Of a stretch of 64,000 bases of DNA, positions 10,625 through 23,771 are shown piece after piece (the stretch's first letter is position 1; every line of letters begins with the position of its first letter). The position numbers were made by a program, and so were the translations under genes. The DNA is taken from positions 639,654,001-639,718,000 of the forward strand of contig NC_091286.1 in the NCBI RefSeq assembly GCF_032444005.1. The letters run 5' to 3'. This stretch comes from Ranitomeya imitator. Taxonomy: Eukaryota. The notes under the pieces are model-generated. The model did not search any database, was not told where the DNA came from, and saw nothing but the letters and a program-made list of their open reading frames with translations.

Positions 10625-13600
10625 TGTTTGAAAAACGTAACCAAACTAACGGTAGTTGTTACTGTAAAACCAGTTACAAGGTGAACTCAAACTTCTGTTG
10701 GATTTATATATCCCTTTATAGGTGGGTGAGACTGCAGGGAAAATCAGGCCCAATGTATAACAGTACACAGCTTCAGCGGCAGACAGATATGCCACTAACA
10801 GGACTGACGCTGATGCAGACACTAACAATTAAAATCTCCCCCTTTTTATTTTTTCTGGGAGAATATTGAAGAAATGTAGCCCACTCTTATACAGTATATG
10901 TTCTGTGGCACAAAATTAGAGACAGATGCCACACACAGCAGTGGCACTGAGGCAGAATTGCCAATCTTAATCTCACACTATTTGTTTTTTTTCCAGGGAG
11001 AATTTAAAAGAAATCTGGCCCAGTGTTACACACTAGGTTTTCTGTGGCACAAAATTAGAGACAGGTGGTACACACAGGACTGGCACCGAAGCAGAAATGC
11101 CAATCTAAATCTCCCACTATTTTTTTTTTTCAGGAAGAATTTAAAATAAATCTGGCCCAGTGTTACACACAATGTTTAATGTGGCACAAAATTAGAGACA
11201 GGTGGCACACACAGGAATGGCACCGAAGCAGTAATGCCAATCTTAATCTCCCACTATTTTTTTTTTCCAGGGAGAATTTGACAAAAATCTGGCCCAGTGT
11301 TACACACTAGGTTTTCTGTGGCACAAAATTAAAGACAGGTGGCACACACAGGACTGGCACCGAAGCAGAAATGCCAATCTTAATCTCCCACTATTTTTTT
11401 TTTTCAGGAAGAATTTAAAATAAATCTGGCCCAGTGTTACACACTAGGTTTAATGTGGCACAAAATTAGAGACAGGTGGCACACACAGGAATGGCACCGA
11501 AGCAGTAATGCCAATCTTAATCTCCCACTATTTTTTTTCCATGGAGAAATTGACAAAAATCTGGCCCAGTGTTACACACTAGGTTTAATGTGGCACAAAA
11601 TTAGAGACAGGTGGCACACACAGGACTGGCACCGAAGCAGAAATGCCAATCTTAATCTCCCACTATTTTTTTTTCCAGGGAGAATTTGAAAAAAATCTGG
11701 TCCCGTGTTACACACTAGGTTTAATGTGGCACAAAATTAGAGACAGGTGGCACACACAGGACTGGCACCGAAACAGAAATGCCAATCTTAATCACCCACT
11801 ATTTTTTTTTTCAGGGAGAATTGAAAAGAAATCTGGCCCAGTATTACACACTAGGTTTAATGTGGCACAAAATTTGAGACAGGTGGCACACACTGGACTG
11901 GCACCGAAGCAGAAATGCCAATCTTAATCTCCCACTATTTTTTTTTTTCAGGTAGAATTTAAAAGAAATCTGGCCCAGTGTTACACACTAGGTTTAATGT
12001 GGCACAAAATTAGAGACAGGTGGCACACACAGGACTGGCACCGAAACAGAAATGCCAATCTTAATTACCCACTATTTTTTTTTTTCAGGGAGAATTGAAA
12101 AGAAATCTGGCCCAGTATTACACACTAGGTTTAATGTGGCACAAAATTTGAGACAGGTGGCACACACAGGACTGGCACCGGAGCAGAAATGCCAATCTTA
12201 ATCTCCCACTATTTTTTTTTTCCAGGTAGAATGTAAAAGAAATCTGGCCCAGTGTTACACACTAGGTTTAATGTGGCACAAAATTAGAGACAGGTGGCAC
12301 ACACAGGACTGGCACCGAAGCAGTAATGACAATCTTAATCTCCCACTATTTTTTTTTTCAGGGAGAATTGAAATGAAATCTGGCCCAGTATTACACACTA
12401 GGTTTAATGTGGCACAAAATTTGAGACAGGTGGCACACACAGGAGTGGCACTGAAGCAGAAATGCCAATCTTAATCTCCCACTATTTTTTTTTTCAGGGA
12501 GAATTTAAAAGAAATCTGGCCCAGTATTATACACTAGGTTTAATGTGGCACACAATTTGAGACAGGTGGCACACACAGGAGTGGCACTGAAGCAGAAATG
12601 CCAATCTTAATCTCCCACAATTTTTTTTTCAGGGAGAATTTAAAAGAAATCTGGCCCAGTATTACACACTAGGTTTAATGTGGCACAAAATTTAAGACAG
12701 GTGGCACACACAGGAGTGGCACTGAAGCAGAAATGCCAATCTTAATCTCCCACTATTTTTTTTTTTCAGGGAGAATTTAAAATAAATCTGGCCCAGTGTT
12801 ACACACTAGGTTTAATGTGGCACAAAATTAGAGACAGGTGGCACACACAGGAATGGCACCGAAGCAGTAATGCCAATCTTAATCTCCCACTATTTTTTTT
12901 TTCCATGGAGAATTTGACAAAAATCTGGCCCAGTGTTACACACTAGGTTTAATGTGGCACAAAATTAGAGACAGGTGGCACACACAGGACTGGCACCGAA
13001 GCAGAAATGCCAATCTTAATCTCCCACTATTTTTTTTTCCAGGGAGAATTTGAAAAAAATCTGGTCCCGTGTTACACACTAGGTTTAATGTGGCACAAAA
13101 TTAGAGACAGGTGGCACACACAGGACTGGCACCGAAACAGAAATGCCAATCTTAATCACCCACTATTTTTTTTTTCAGGGAGAATTGAAAAGAAATCTGG
13201 CCCAATATTACACACTAGGTTTAATGTGGCACAAAATTTGAGACAGGTGGCACACACAGGACTGGCACCGAAGCAGAAATGCCAATCTTAATCTCCCACT
13301 ATTTTTTTTTTCAGGTAGAATTTAAAAGAAATCTGGCCCAGTGTTACACACTAGGTTTAATGTGGCACAAAATTAGAGACAGGTGTCACACACAGGACTG
13401 GCACCGAAGCAGTAATGACAATCTTAATCTCCCACTATTTTTTTTTTCAGGGAGAATTGAAAAGAAATCTGGCCCAGTATTACACACTAGGTTTAATGTG
13501 GCACAAAATTTGAGACAGGTGGCACACACAGGAGTGGCACTGAAGCAGAAATGCCAATCTTAATCTCCCACTATTTTTCTTTTTTCAGGGAGAATTGAAA

Positions 13601-14657
13601 AGAAATCTGGCCCAGTATTACACACTAGGTTTAATGTGGCACAAAATTTAAGACAGGTGGCACACACAGGAGTGGCACTGAAGCAGAAATGCCAATCTTA
13701 ATCTCCCACTATTTTTTTTTTCAGGGAGAATTTAAAATAAATCTGGCCCAGTGTTACACACTAGGTTTAATGTGGCACAAAATTAGAGACAGGTGGCACA
13801 CACAGGAATGGCACCGAAGCAGTAATGCCAATCTTAATCTCCCACTATTTTTTTTTTCCATGGAGAATTTGACAAAAATCTGGCCCAGTGTTACACACTA
13901 GGTTTAATGTGGCACAAAATTAGAGACAGGTGGCACACACAGGACTGGCACCGAAGCAGAAATGCCAATCTTAATCTCCCACTACTTTTTTTTCCAGGGA
14001 GAATTTGAAAAAAATCTGGTCCCGTGTTACACACTAGGTTTAATGTGGCACAAAATTAGAGACAGGTGGCACACACAGGACTGGCACCGAAACAGAAATG
14101 CCAATCTTAATCACCCACTATTTTTTTTTTCAGGGAGAATTGAAAAGAAATCTGGCCCAGTATTACACACTAGGTTTAATGTGGCACAAAATTTGAGACA
14201 GGTGGCACACACAGGACTGGCACCGAAGCAGAAATGCCAATCTTAATCTCCCACTATTTTTTTTTTTCAGGTAGAATTTAAAAGAAATCTGGCCCAGTGT
14301 TACACACTAGGTTTAATGTGGCACAAAATTTGAGACAGGTGGCACACACAGGACTGGCACCGAAACAGAAATGCCAATCTTAATCACCCACTATTTTTTT
14401 TTTCAGGGAGAATTGAAAAGAAAACTGGCCCAGTATTACACACTAGGTTTAATGTGGCACAAAATTTGAGACAGGTGGCACACACAGGACTGGCACCGAA
14501 GCAGAAATGCCAATCTTAATCTCCCACAATTTTTATTTTTTCAGGGAGAATTGAAAAGAAATCTGGCCCAGTATTACACACTAGGTTTAATGTGGCACAA
14601 AATTTGAGACAGGTGGCACACACAGGAGTGGCACTGAAGCAGAAATGCCATTCTTAA

Positions 14658-15944
14658 CCCCTTACCGGCATCGGACGTACTATACCGTCCGATGCCGGCT
14701 CCCCTGCTTTGATGCAGGGCTCCGCGGTGAGCCCGCACCAAAGCCGGGACATGTCAGCTGTTTTGAACAGCTGACATGTGCCCGTAATAGGCGCGGGCAG
14801 AATCGCGATCTGCCCGCACCTATTAACTAGTTAAATGCCGCTGTCAAACGCAGACAGCGGCATTTAACTACTGCTTCCGGCCGGGCGGCCGGAAATGACG
14901 TCATCGCCGACCCCCGTCACATGTCCGGGGGTCGGCGATGCGTCTCCATTGTAGCCATAGAGGTCCTTGAGACCTCTATGGTTACTGATTGCCCGTCGCT
15001 GTGAGCGCCACCCTGTGGTCGGCGCTCACAGCACACGTGCAATTCTGCTACATAGCAGCGATCAGCAGATCGCTGCTATGTAGCAGAGCCGATCGGCTTG
15101 TGCCTGCTTCTAGCCTCTCATGGAGGCTATTGAAGCATGGCAAAAGTTAAAAAAAAAAGTTTAAAAAAATGTGAAAAAAATAAAAAAAACATAAAAGTTT
15201 AAATCACCCCCCTTTCGCCCCAATCAAAATAAATCAATAAAAAAAATATCAAATCTACGCATATTTGGTATCGCCGCGCTCAGAATTGCCCGATCTATCA
15301 AATAAAAAAAAGTATTAACCTGATCGCTAAACAGCGTAGCGGGAAAAAAACTCGAAACGCCAGAATTACGTTTTTTTTGGTCGCCGCGACATTGCATTAA
15401 AATGCAATAACGGGCGATCAAAAGAACGTATCTGCACCGAAATGCTATCATTAAAAACGTCATCTCGGCACGCAAAAAATAAGCCCTCAACCGACCCCAG
15501 ATCACGAAAAATGGAGACGCTACGAGTATCGGAAAATGGCGCAATTTTTTTTTTTTTTTTTTTTTAGCAAAGTTTGGAATTTTTTTTCACCACTTAGATA
15601 AAAAATAACCTAGTCATGTTTGGTGTCTATGAACTCGTAATGACCTGGAGAATCATAATGGCAGGTCATTTTTAGCATTTAGTGAACCTAGCAAAAAAGC
15701 GAAACAAAAAACCAATGTGGGATTGCACTTTTTTTGCAATTTCACCGCACTTGGAATTTTTTTCCCGTTTTCTAGTACACGACATGTTAAAACCAATGAT
15801 GTCGTTCAAAAGTACAACTCGTCCCGCAAAAAATAAGCCCTCACATGGCCAAATTGACGGAAAAATAAAAAAGTTATGGCTCTGGGAAGGAGGGGAGCGA
15901 AAAACGAACACGGAAAAACGAAAAATCCCCTGGTCATGAAGGGG
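14658..15944. mobile_element. Non-autonomous piggyBac-like element (TTAA TSD)
   Basis: TTAA|CCCCTT...AAGGGG|TTAA; the satellite monomer resumes exactly after the duplicated TTAA. No ORF. Confidence 0.9.
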
Positions 15945-16425
15945 TTAATCTCCCACTGTTTTTTTTTTCAGGGAGAATTGAAAAGAAATCTGGCCCAGTA
16001 TTACACACTAGGTTTAATGTGGCACACAATTTGAGACAGGTGGCACACACAGGACTGGCACTGAAGCAGAAATGCCAATCTTAATCTCCCACAATTTTTT
16101 TTTCAGGAAGAATTTAAAAGAAATCCGGCCCAATATTACACACTAGGTTTAATGTGGCACAAAATTTAAGACAGGTGGCACACACAGGAGTGGCACTGAA
16201 GCAGAAATGCCAATCTTAATCTCCCACTATTTTTTTTTCAGGGAGAATTTAAAAGAAATCTGGCCCAGTATTACACACTAGGTTTAATGTGGCACACAAT
16301 TTGAGACAGGTGGCACACACAGGAGTGGCACTGAAACAGAAATGCCAATCTTAGTCTCCCACTACTTTTTTGTTTTCAGGGAGAATTTAAAAGAAATCTG
16401 GCCCAATATTACACACTAGGTTTAA

Positions 16426-19400
16426 CCCCTTCGCGCCAGCCGCCGTACTAGTACTGCGCTGCCGGCACTGCATGAGTGCCAGCAGCAGTACTAGTACGGC
16501 GCACCGATCACCGCGGTCTCGCGCTGAGCGCCGCGGTGATCGGGTGCGGGTGTCAGCTGTATATGACAGCTGAAACCCCGCAGCAATGCCCACGATCGGC
16601 GCTATCGCCGATCGCGGGCATTTAACCCCTCTGATGCCGCTGTCAGTAGTGACAGCGGCATAGAGGGGGATCGCGCAGGGACGGGGGCTCCCTGCGCTCT
16701 CCCACCGGAGCAACGCAATGAGATCGCGTTGCTCCGGTGACCCGGAAGGAGTCCCCGGATCCAAGATGGCCGCCGGACTCCTTCCGGGTCATGAAGTGAC
16801 CTGGCTAGCCGGCGCCTGCTAAGAGCAGGCGCTGGAAAGCCAGCTAAGCTGCCTGTCAGATCGTTGATCTGACAGTGTGCTATGCACAGTGTCAGATCAA
16901 CGATCTGATCTAATACAGAGATGTCCCACCCTGGGACAATGTTAGAAAGTAAAAAAAAAAAAATAGAATGTGTAAAAAAAAAATTTAAAAAAATCCCCAA
17001 ATTAAAAAAAAAAAAACATTTCCCAATAAATACATTTATTTATGTAAAAAAAAAAAAAACAATAAATGTACACATATTTGGTATCGCCGCGTCCGTAACG
17101 ACCCGCTCTATAAAATTATCACACTAGTTAACCCCTTCAGTGAACACCGCAAAAAAAAAAAAAAAAAAACAAGGCAAAAAACAACGCTTTATTATCATAC
17201 AGGCGATCAAAAAGTAGAATAACACGCGATCAAAATGACGGATATAAATAACCATGGTACCGCTGAAAATGTCATCTTGTCCCGCAAAAAAAAAGCCGCC
17301 ATACAGCATCATCAGCAGAAAAATAAAAAAGTTATAGCTCTCAGAATAATGCGATGCAAAAACAATTATTTTTTTATATAAAATAGTTTTTATTGTGTAA
17401 AAGCGCCAAAACATAAAAAAATTACATAAATGAGGTATCGCTGTAATCGTACTGACCCGAAGAATAAAACTGCTTTATCCATTTTACCACACGTGGAACG
17501 GTATAAACGCCCCCCCTAAAAGAAATTCAGGAATTGCTGGTTTTTGTTCATTCCGCCTCCCAAAAATCGGAATAAAAAGCGATCAAAAAATGTCATCTGC
17601 CCGAAAATGTTACCAATAAAAACATCAATTCGTCCCACAAAAAACAAGACCTCATATGACTCTGTGGGCCAAAATATGGATAAATTATAGCTCTCAAAAT
17701 GTGGTGATGCAAAAACTATTTTTTGCAATAAAAAGCGTCTTTTAGTGTGTGACAGCTGCCAATCATAAAAATCCGCCAAAAAAACGCTATAAAAGTAAAT
17801 CAAACCCCCCTTCATCACCCCCTTAGTTAGGGAAAAATAATAAAATGTAAAAAAATGTATTTATTTCCATTTTCCCATTAGGGCTAGGGTTAGGGCTAGG
17901 GTTAGGGCTAGGGTTAGGGCTAGGGTTAGGGTTAGGGTTAGGGCTAGGGCTAGGGTTAGGGTTAGGGTTGGGGTTAGGGTTTCAGTTATAATTGGGGGTT
18001 TCCACTGTTTAGGCACATCAGGGGCTCTCCAAACGCGACATGGCGTCCGATCTCAATTCCAGCCAATTCTGCTTTGAAAAAGTAAAACAGGGATCCTTCC
18101 CTTCCGAGTTTTCCTGTGTGCCCAAACAGTGGTTCCCCCCAACATATGGGGTATCAGCGTTCTCAGGACAAGTTGGACAACAACTTTTGGGGTCCAATTT
18201 GTCCTGTTACCCTTGGGAAAATAAAAGCATAGGGGATAAAATATCATTTTCGTGGAAAAAATTTTTTTTTTATTTTCACCGCTCTGCGTTATAAACTGTA
18301 GTGAAACACTTGTTGGTTCAAAGCTCTAACAACACATCTAGATAAGTTCCTTGGGGGGTCTAGTTTCCAATATGGGGTCACTTGTGGGGGGTTTCTACTG
18401 TTTAGGTACATCAGGGGCTCTGCAAATGCAACATGACGCCTGCAGACCACTCCATCTAAGTCTGCATTTCAAATGGCGCTCCTTCCCTTCCGAGCTCTGC
18501 CGTGCACCCAAACAGTGGTTCCCCCCAACATATGGGGTATCAGCGTTCTCAGGACAAGTTGGACAACAACTTTTGGGGTCCAATTTGTCCTGTTACCCTT
18601 GGGAAAATGAAAGCATAGGGGATAAAATATCATTTTCGTGGAAAAAAATATATTTTTTATTTTCACGGCTCTGCGTTATAAACTGTAGTGAAACACTTGT
18701 TGGTTCAAAGCTCTCACAACACATCTAGATAAGTTCCTTGGGGGGTCTAGTTTCCAATATGGGGTCACTTGTGGGTAGTTTCTACTGTTTAGGTACATCA
18801 GGGGCTCTGCAAATGCAACATGACACCTGCAGTCCATTCCATCTAAGTCTGCATTTCAAACGGTGCTCCTTCCCTTCCAAGCTCTGCCATGCACTCAAAC
18901 GGTGGTTCCCCCCCACATGTGGGGTATCAGCGTACTCAGGACAAATTGGACAATAACATTTGTGGTCCACTATCTCCTGTTACCCTTGGGAGAAAAAAAA
19001 ATTGCGGGCTAAAACATCATTTTGTGGAAAGAAAAAATGATTTTTTAATTTTCACAATGCTACATTCTAAACTTTAGTGAAACAATTGGGGGTTAAAAGT
19101 GCTCACCACACATCTAGATAAGTTCCTTAGGGGGTCTTCTTTCCAAAATGGGGTCACTTGTGGGGGGTTTCCACTGTTAAGGCACGTCAGGGGCTCTCCA
19201 AATGCGACATGGCGTCCGATCTCAATTCCAGCCAATTTTGCATTGAAAAGTCAAATGGCGCTCCTTCCCTTCCGAGCTCTGCCATGCGCTCAAACAGTGG
19301 TTTATCCCTATATATGAAGTATCGACGTACTCAGGACAAATTGCAAAACAACTTTTGGGGTCCAATTTATCCTTTTACCCTTGGGAAAATAAAAAATTTG

Positions 19401-20438
19401 GGGCAAAAAGATCATTTTTTGTGAAAATTAAATATAATTTTTTTTTTACGGCTCTACATTATAAACTTCTGTGAAGCACTTGGAGGTTCAAAGTGCTCAC
19501 CACACATCTAGATTAGTTCCTTAGGGGGTCTACTTTCCAAAATGGTGTCACTTGTGGGGGTTTCCACTGTTTAGGCACATCAGGGGCTCTCCAATCGTGA
19601 CATGGGCTCCGATCTCAATTCCAGCAAATCTCGCATTGAAAAGTCAAATGGCGCTCCTTCCCTTCCGAGCTCTGCCATGTGCCCAAACAGTGGTTTACCC
19701 CCACATATGGGGTATCAGCGTACTCAGGACAAATTGTACAACGTCTTTTGTGGTCCAATTTCTCCTGTTACCCTTGGTAAAATGAAACAAATTGGACCTG
19801 AAGTAAAAATTTTGTGAAAAAAAAGTTAAATGTTCAATTTTTTTAAACATTCAAAAAATTCCTGTGAAGCACCTGAAGGGTTAATAAACTTTTTGAATGT
19901 GGTTTTGAGTACCTTGAGGGGTGCAGTTTTTAGAATGGTGTCACTTTTGGGCATTTTCTGTCATATAGACCCCTCAAAGTCACTTCAAGTGTGAGGTGGT
20001 CCGTAAAAAAATGGTTTTGTAAATTTTGTTGCAAAAATGAGAAATCGCTGGTCAACTTTTAACCCTTATAACGTCCTAACAAAAAAAAATTATGTTTCCA
20101 AAATTGTGCTGATGTAAAGCAGACATGTGGGAAATGTTGTTTATTAACTATATTATGTGATATAACTCTCTAATTTAAGGGCATAAAAACTAAGAGTTTG
20201 AAAATTGCTAAATTTTCATAATTTCTGACAAATTTTTGTTTTTTTCACAAATAAATGCAAGTCGTATCGAAGAAGTTTTACCACTATCATGAAGCACAAT
20301 ATGTCACGAGAAAACAATGTCAGAATCACCAGGATCCGTTGAAGCGTTTCAGAGTTATGACCTCATAAAGTGACAGTGGTCAGAATTGTAAAAATTGGCC
20401 CTGTCACTTAGGTGAAAACAGGCTTTGGGGTGAAGGGG
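16426..20438. mobile_element. 4-kb non-autonomous piggyBac-like element (TTAA TSD) with internal about 390-bp repeats and telomere-like tract
   Basis: TTAA|CCCCTTCG...GAAGGGG|TTAA with the satellite resuming at TTAATGTGGCAC. About 390-bp internal tandem units at roughly 17990-19800. Confidence 0.9.
17878..17980 (+). repeat. Interstitial telomere-like tract (TTAGGG/CTAGGG)n
   Basis: Direct reading of TTAGGG and CTAGGG hexamers. Confidence 0.95.
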
Positions 20439-23400
20439 TTAATGTGGCACAAAATTTAAGACAGGTGGCACACACAGGAGTGGCACTGAAGCAGAAATGC
20501 CAATCTTAATCTTACACTTTTTTTTTTCAGGGAGAATTGAAAAGAAATCTGGCCCAGTATTACACACTAGGTTTAATGTGGCACAAAATTTGAGACAGGT
20601 GGCACACACAACACTGGCAATGAGGCAGAAATGCCAATCTTAATCTCCCACTATTTTTATTTTTTCAGGGAGAATTGAAAAGATATCTGGCCCAGTGTTA
20701 CACACTAGGTTTAATGTGGCACAAAATTTGAGACAGGTGGCACACACAGGAGTGGCACTGAAGCAGAAATGCCAATCTTAATCTCCCACTATTTTTATTT
20801 TTTCAGGGAGAATTGACAAGAAATCTGGCTCAGTATTACACACTAGGTTTAATGTGGCACAAAACTAGAGACAGATGCCACACACAGCACTGGCACTGAG
20901 GCAAAATTGCCAATCTTAATCTCCCATTTTTTTTTTTTTATTTATGGGAGAATTGGCAAGAAATCAGGCCCACTGTTAGACTGTATGTTTTCTGTGCCAG
21001 AAAATGAGACACAGATGCCACACACAGGACTGCCACTGATACAGATTTGCCAATTTTAATCTGCACCTTTTTTTTTTTTTTTTCCTTCAGGGAGACTAGT
21101 GAATAAATCTGGGCCACTGTATTAGAGTATATTTTCTGTGGCAGAAAGTGGCTTGAAGAGATAAAAAGAAAGAAAATTTGCAATTTTCAAACTTTGTATT
21201 TTTATGCCCTTAAATCAGAGAGATATGTCACGAAAAATAGTTAATAAATAACATTTCCCACATGTCTACTTTACATCAGCACAATTTTGGAAACAAAATT
21301 TTTTTTTGTTAGGGAGTTATAAGGGTTAAAAGTTGACCAGCAATTTCTCATTTTTACAACACCATTTTTTTTAGGGACCACATCACATTTGAAGTCATTC
21401 TGAGGGGTCTATATGATAGAAAATAATGAAGTGTGACACCATTCTAAAAACCACACCCCTCAAGGTTCTCAAAACCACATTCAAGAAGTTTATTAACCCT
21501 TTACGTGCTTCACAGGAACTGAAACAATGTGGAAGGAAAAAACGAACATTTAACTTTTTTTTGCAAACATCTTAATTCAGAACCATTTTTTTTATTTTCA
21601 CAAGTGTAAAAACAGAAATGTAACCATAAATTTTGTTATGCAATTTCTCCTGAATACGCCAATACCCCATATGTGGGGGTAAACCACTGTTAGGGCGCAC
21701 CGCAGAACTTAGAAGTGAAGGAGCGCCGTTTGACTTTTTCAATGCAGAATTGGCTGGAATTGAGTTCGGACGCCATGTCACGTTTAGAGAGCCCCTGATG
21801 TTCCTAAACAGTGGAAACTCCCCACAAGTGACACCATTTTGGAAACTAGAGCCCTTAAGGAACTTATCTAGATGTGTGGTGAGCACTCTGAACCCCCAAG
21901 TGCTTCACAGAAGTTTATAACATAGAGCCGTGAAAATAAAAAATCGCTTTTGTTTACACAAAAATGATCTTTTCACCCACAAATTCTTATTTTCACAAGG
22001 GTAACAGGAGAAATTAGACCACAAAAGTTGTTGTGCGATTTCTCCTGAATACGTCGATACCCCATATGTGAGGGTAAACCACTGTTTGGGCGCACCGCAG
22101 AGCTTGGAAGAGAAGGAGTGCCGTTTTACTTTTTCAATGTAGAATTGGCTGGAATTGAGATTGGACGCCATGTCGCGTTTGGAGAGCCCCTGATGTGCCT
22201 AAACAGTGGACACCCCCCACAAGTGACACCATTTTGGAAACTAGACCCCTTAAGGAACTTATCTAGATGTGTGGCGAGCACTTTGAATCCCCATGTGCTT
22301 CACAGAAGTTTATAACGTAGAGCCGTGAAAAAAAAAATTGCATTTTTTCTACAAAAATGATTTTTTGCCCACAAATTTTTATTTTCACAAGGGTAACAGG
22401 AGAAATTAGACCACTAAAGTTGTTGTGCAATTTCTCCTGAGTACGTCGATACCCAATATGTGGGGGTAAACCACTGTTTGGGCGCACCGCAGAGCTTGGA
22501 AGAGAAAGAGTGCCGTTTAACTTTTTCAATGTAGAATTGGCTGGAATTGAGATCGGACGCCATGTCGCGTTTGGAGAGCCCCTGATGTGCCTAAACAGTA
22601 GAAATCCCCCACAAGTGACCCCATTTTGGAAACTAGACCCCCCATGGAACTTATCTAGATGTGTGGTGAGAACCTTGAATGCCCAAGTGCTTCACAGAAG
22701 TTTATAATGCAGAGCCGTGAAAATAAAAAAAAATTTTTTTTTCCACAAAAAAGATTTTTTAGCCCCCAAGTTTTTATTTTCACAAGGGTAACTAGAGAAA
22801 TTGGACCACAAAAGTTGTTGTCCAATTTGTCCTGAGTATGCTGGTAGCCCATATGTGGGGGTAAACCACTGTTTGGGCGCACGGCAGAGCTCGGAAGGAA
22901 GGAGCGCCGTTTTGGAATGCAGACTTTGATAGAATGGTCTGCGGGTATTATGTTGCGTTTGCAGAGCCCCTGATGTACCTAACCAGTAGAAACCCTCCAC
23001 AAGGGACCCCATTTTGGAAACTAGACCCCCCAAGGAACTTATCTAGATGTGTGGTGAGAACTTTGAATGCCCAAGTGCTTCACAAAAGTTTAGAATGCAG
23101 AGTCATGAAAATAAAAAATATTTTTTTTTTCCACAAAAAAGATATTGTAGCCCCCAAGTTTTTATTTTCACAAGGGTAACAGGAGAAATTGGACTGCAAT
23201 AGTTGTTGTCCAATTTATTCCGAGTACGCTGATGCACCACATGTGGGGGTAAACCACTGTTTGGGCGCACGGCAGAGCTCGGAAGGGAAGGAGCTCCTTT
23301 TTGGAATACAGACTTTGATAGAATGGTCTGTGGGCATTATGTTGCGATTGTAGAGCCCCTGATATACCTAAACTGTAGTAACCCCCCACAAGTGACCCCA

Positions 23401-23771
23401 TTTTGGAAACTAGACCCCCCAAGGAACTTATCTAGATGTGTGGTGAGAACTTTGAATGCCCAAGTGCTTCACAGAAGTTTAGAATGCAGAGTCGTGAAAA
23501 TAAAAAATATTTTTTTTTTCACAAAAAAGATATTGTAGCCCCCAAGTTTTTATTTTCACAAGGGTAACAAGAGAAATTGGACCCCAGAAGTTGTTGTCCA
23601 ATTTATCCCGAGTACGCTGATGCCCCATATGTGGGGGTAACCCACTGTTTGGGCGCACGGCAGAGCTCAGAAGGGAGGGAGCACCATTTGACTTTTTGAG
23701 CGCAAAATTGGCTGTCGTGTTTGGAGACCCCCTGATGTACCTAAACAGTGGAAACCCCCCAATTCTAGCTC

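Larger units (their letters stand above)
3024..21160 (-). mobile_element. Large hAT (Ac/ZBED-like) DNA transposon, one end intact, other end not found
   Basis: Terminus TAGGGTTGAGCG at 3024, BED-DDE transposase ORF, and internal tandem arrays. No matching CGCTCAACCCTA found where the array ends at about 21160 (approximate). Confidence 0.85.
10890..21160. repeat. About 136-bp satellite array upstream of the transposase, interrupted by two insertions
   Basis: Monomer CAGGGAGAATTTAAAAGAAATCTGGCCCAGTGTTACACACTAGGTTTAATGTGGCACAAAATTAGAGACAGGTGGCACACACAGGACTGGCACCGAAGCAGAAATGCCAATCTTAATCTCCCACTA(T)n repeated tens of times. Confidence 0.97.

Noticed and set aside
10890-16420. CRISPR-like regular repeats / many MPILISHY and MWHKIRDRW ORFs
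   Set aside because: Contiguous tandem monomers without unique spacers; the ORFs are translations of the satellite.
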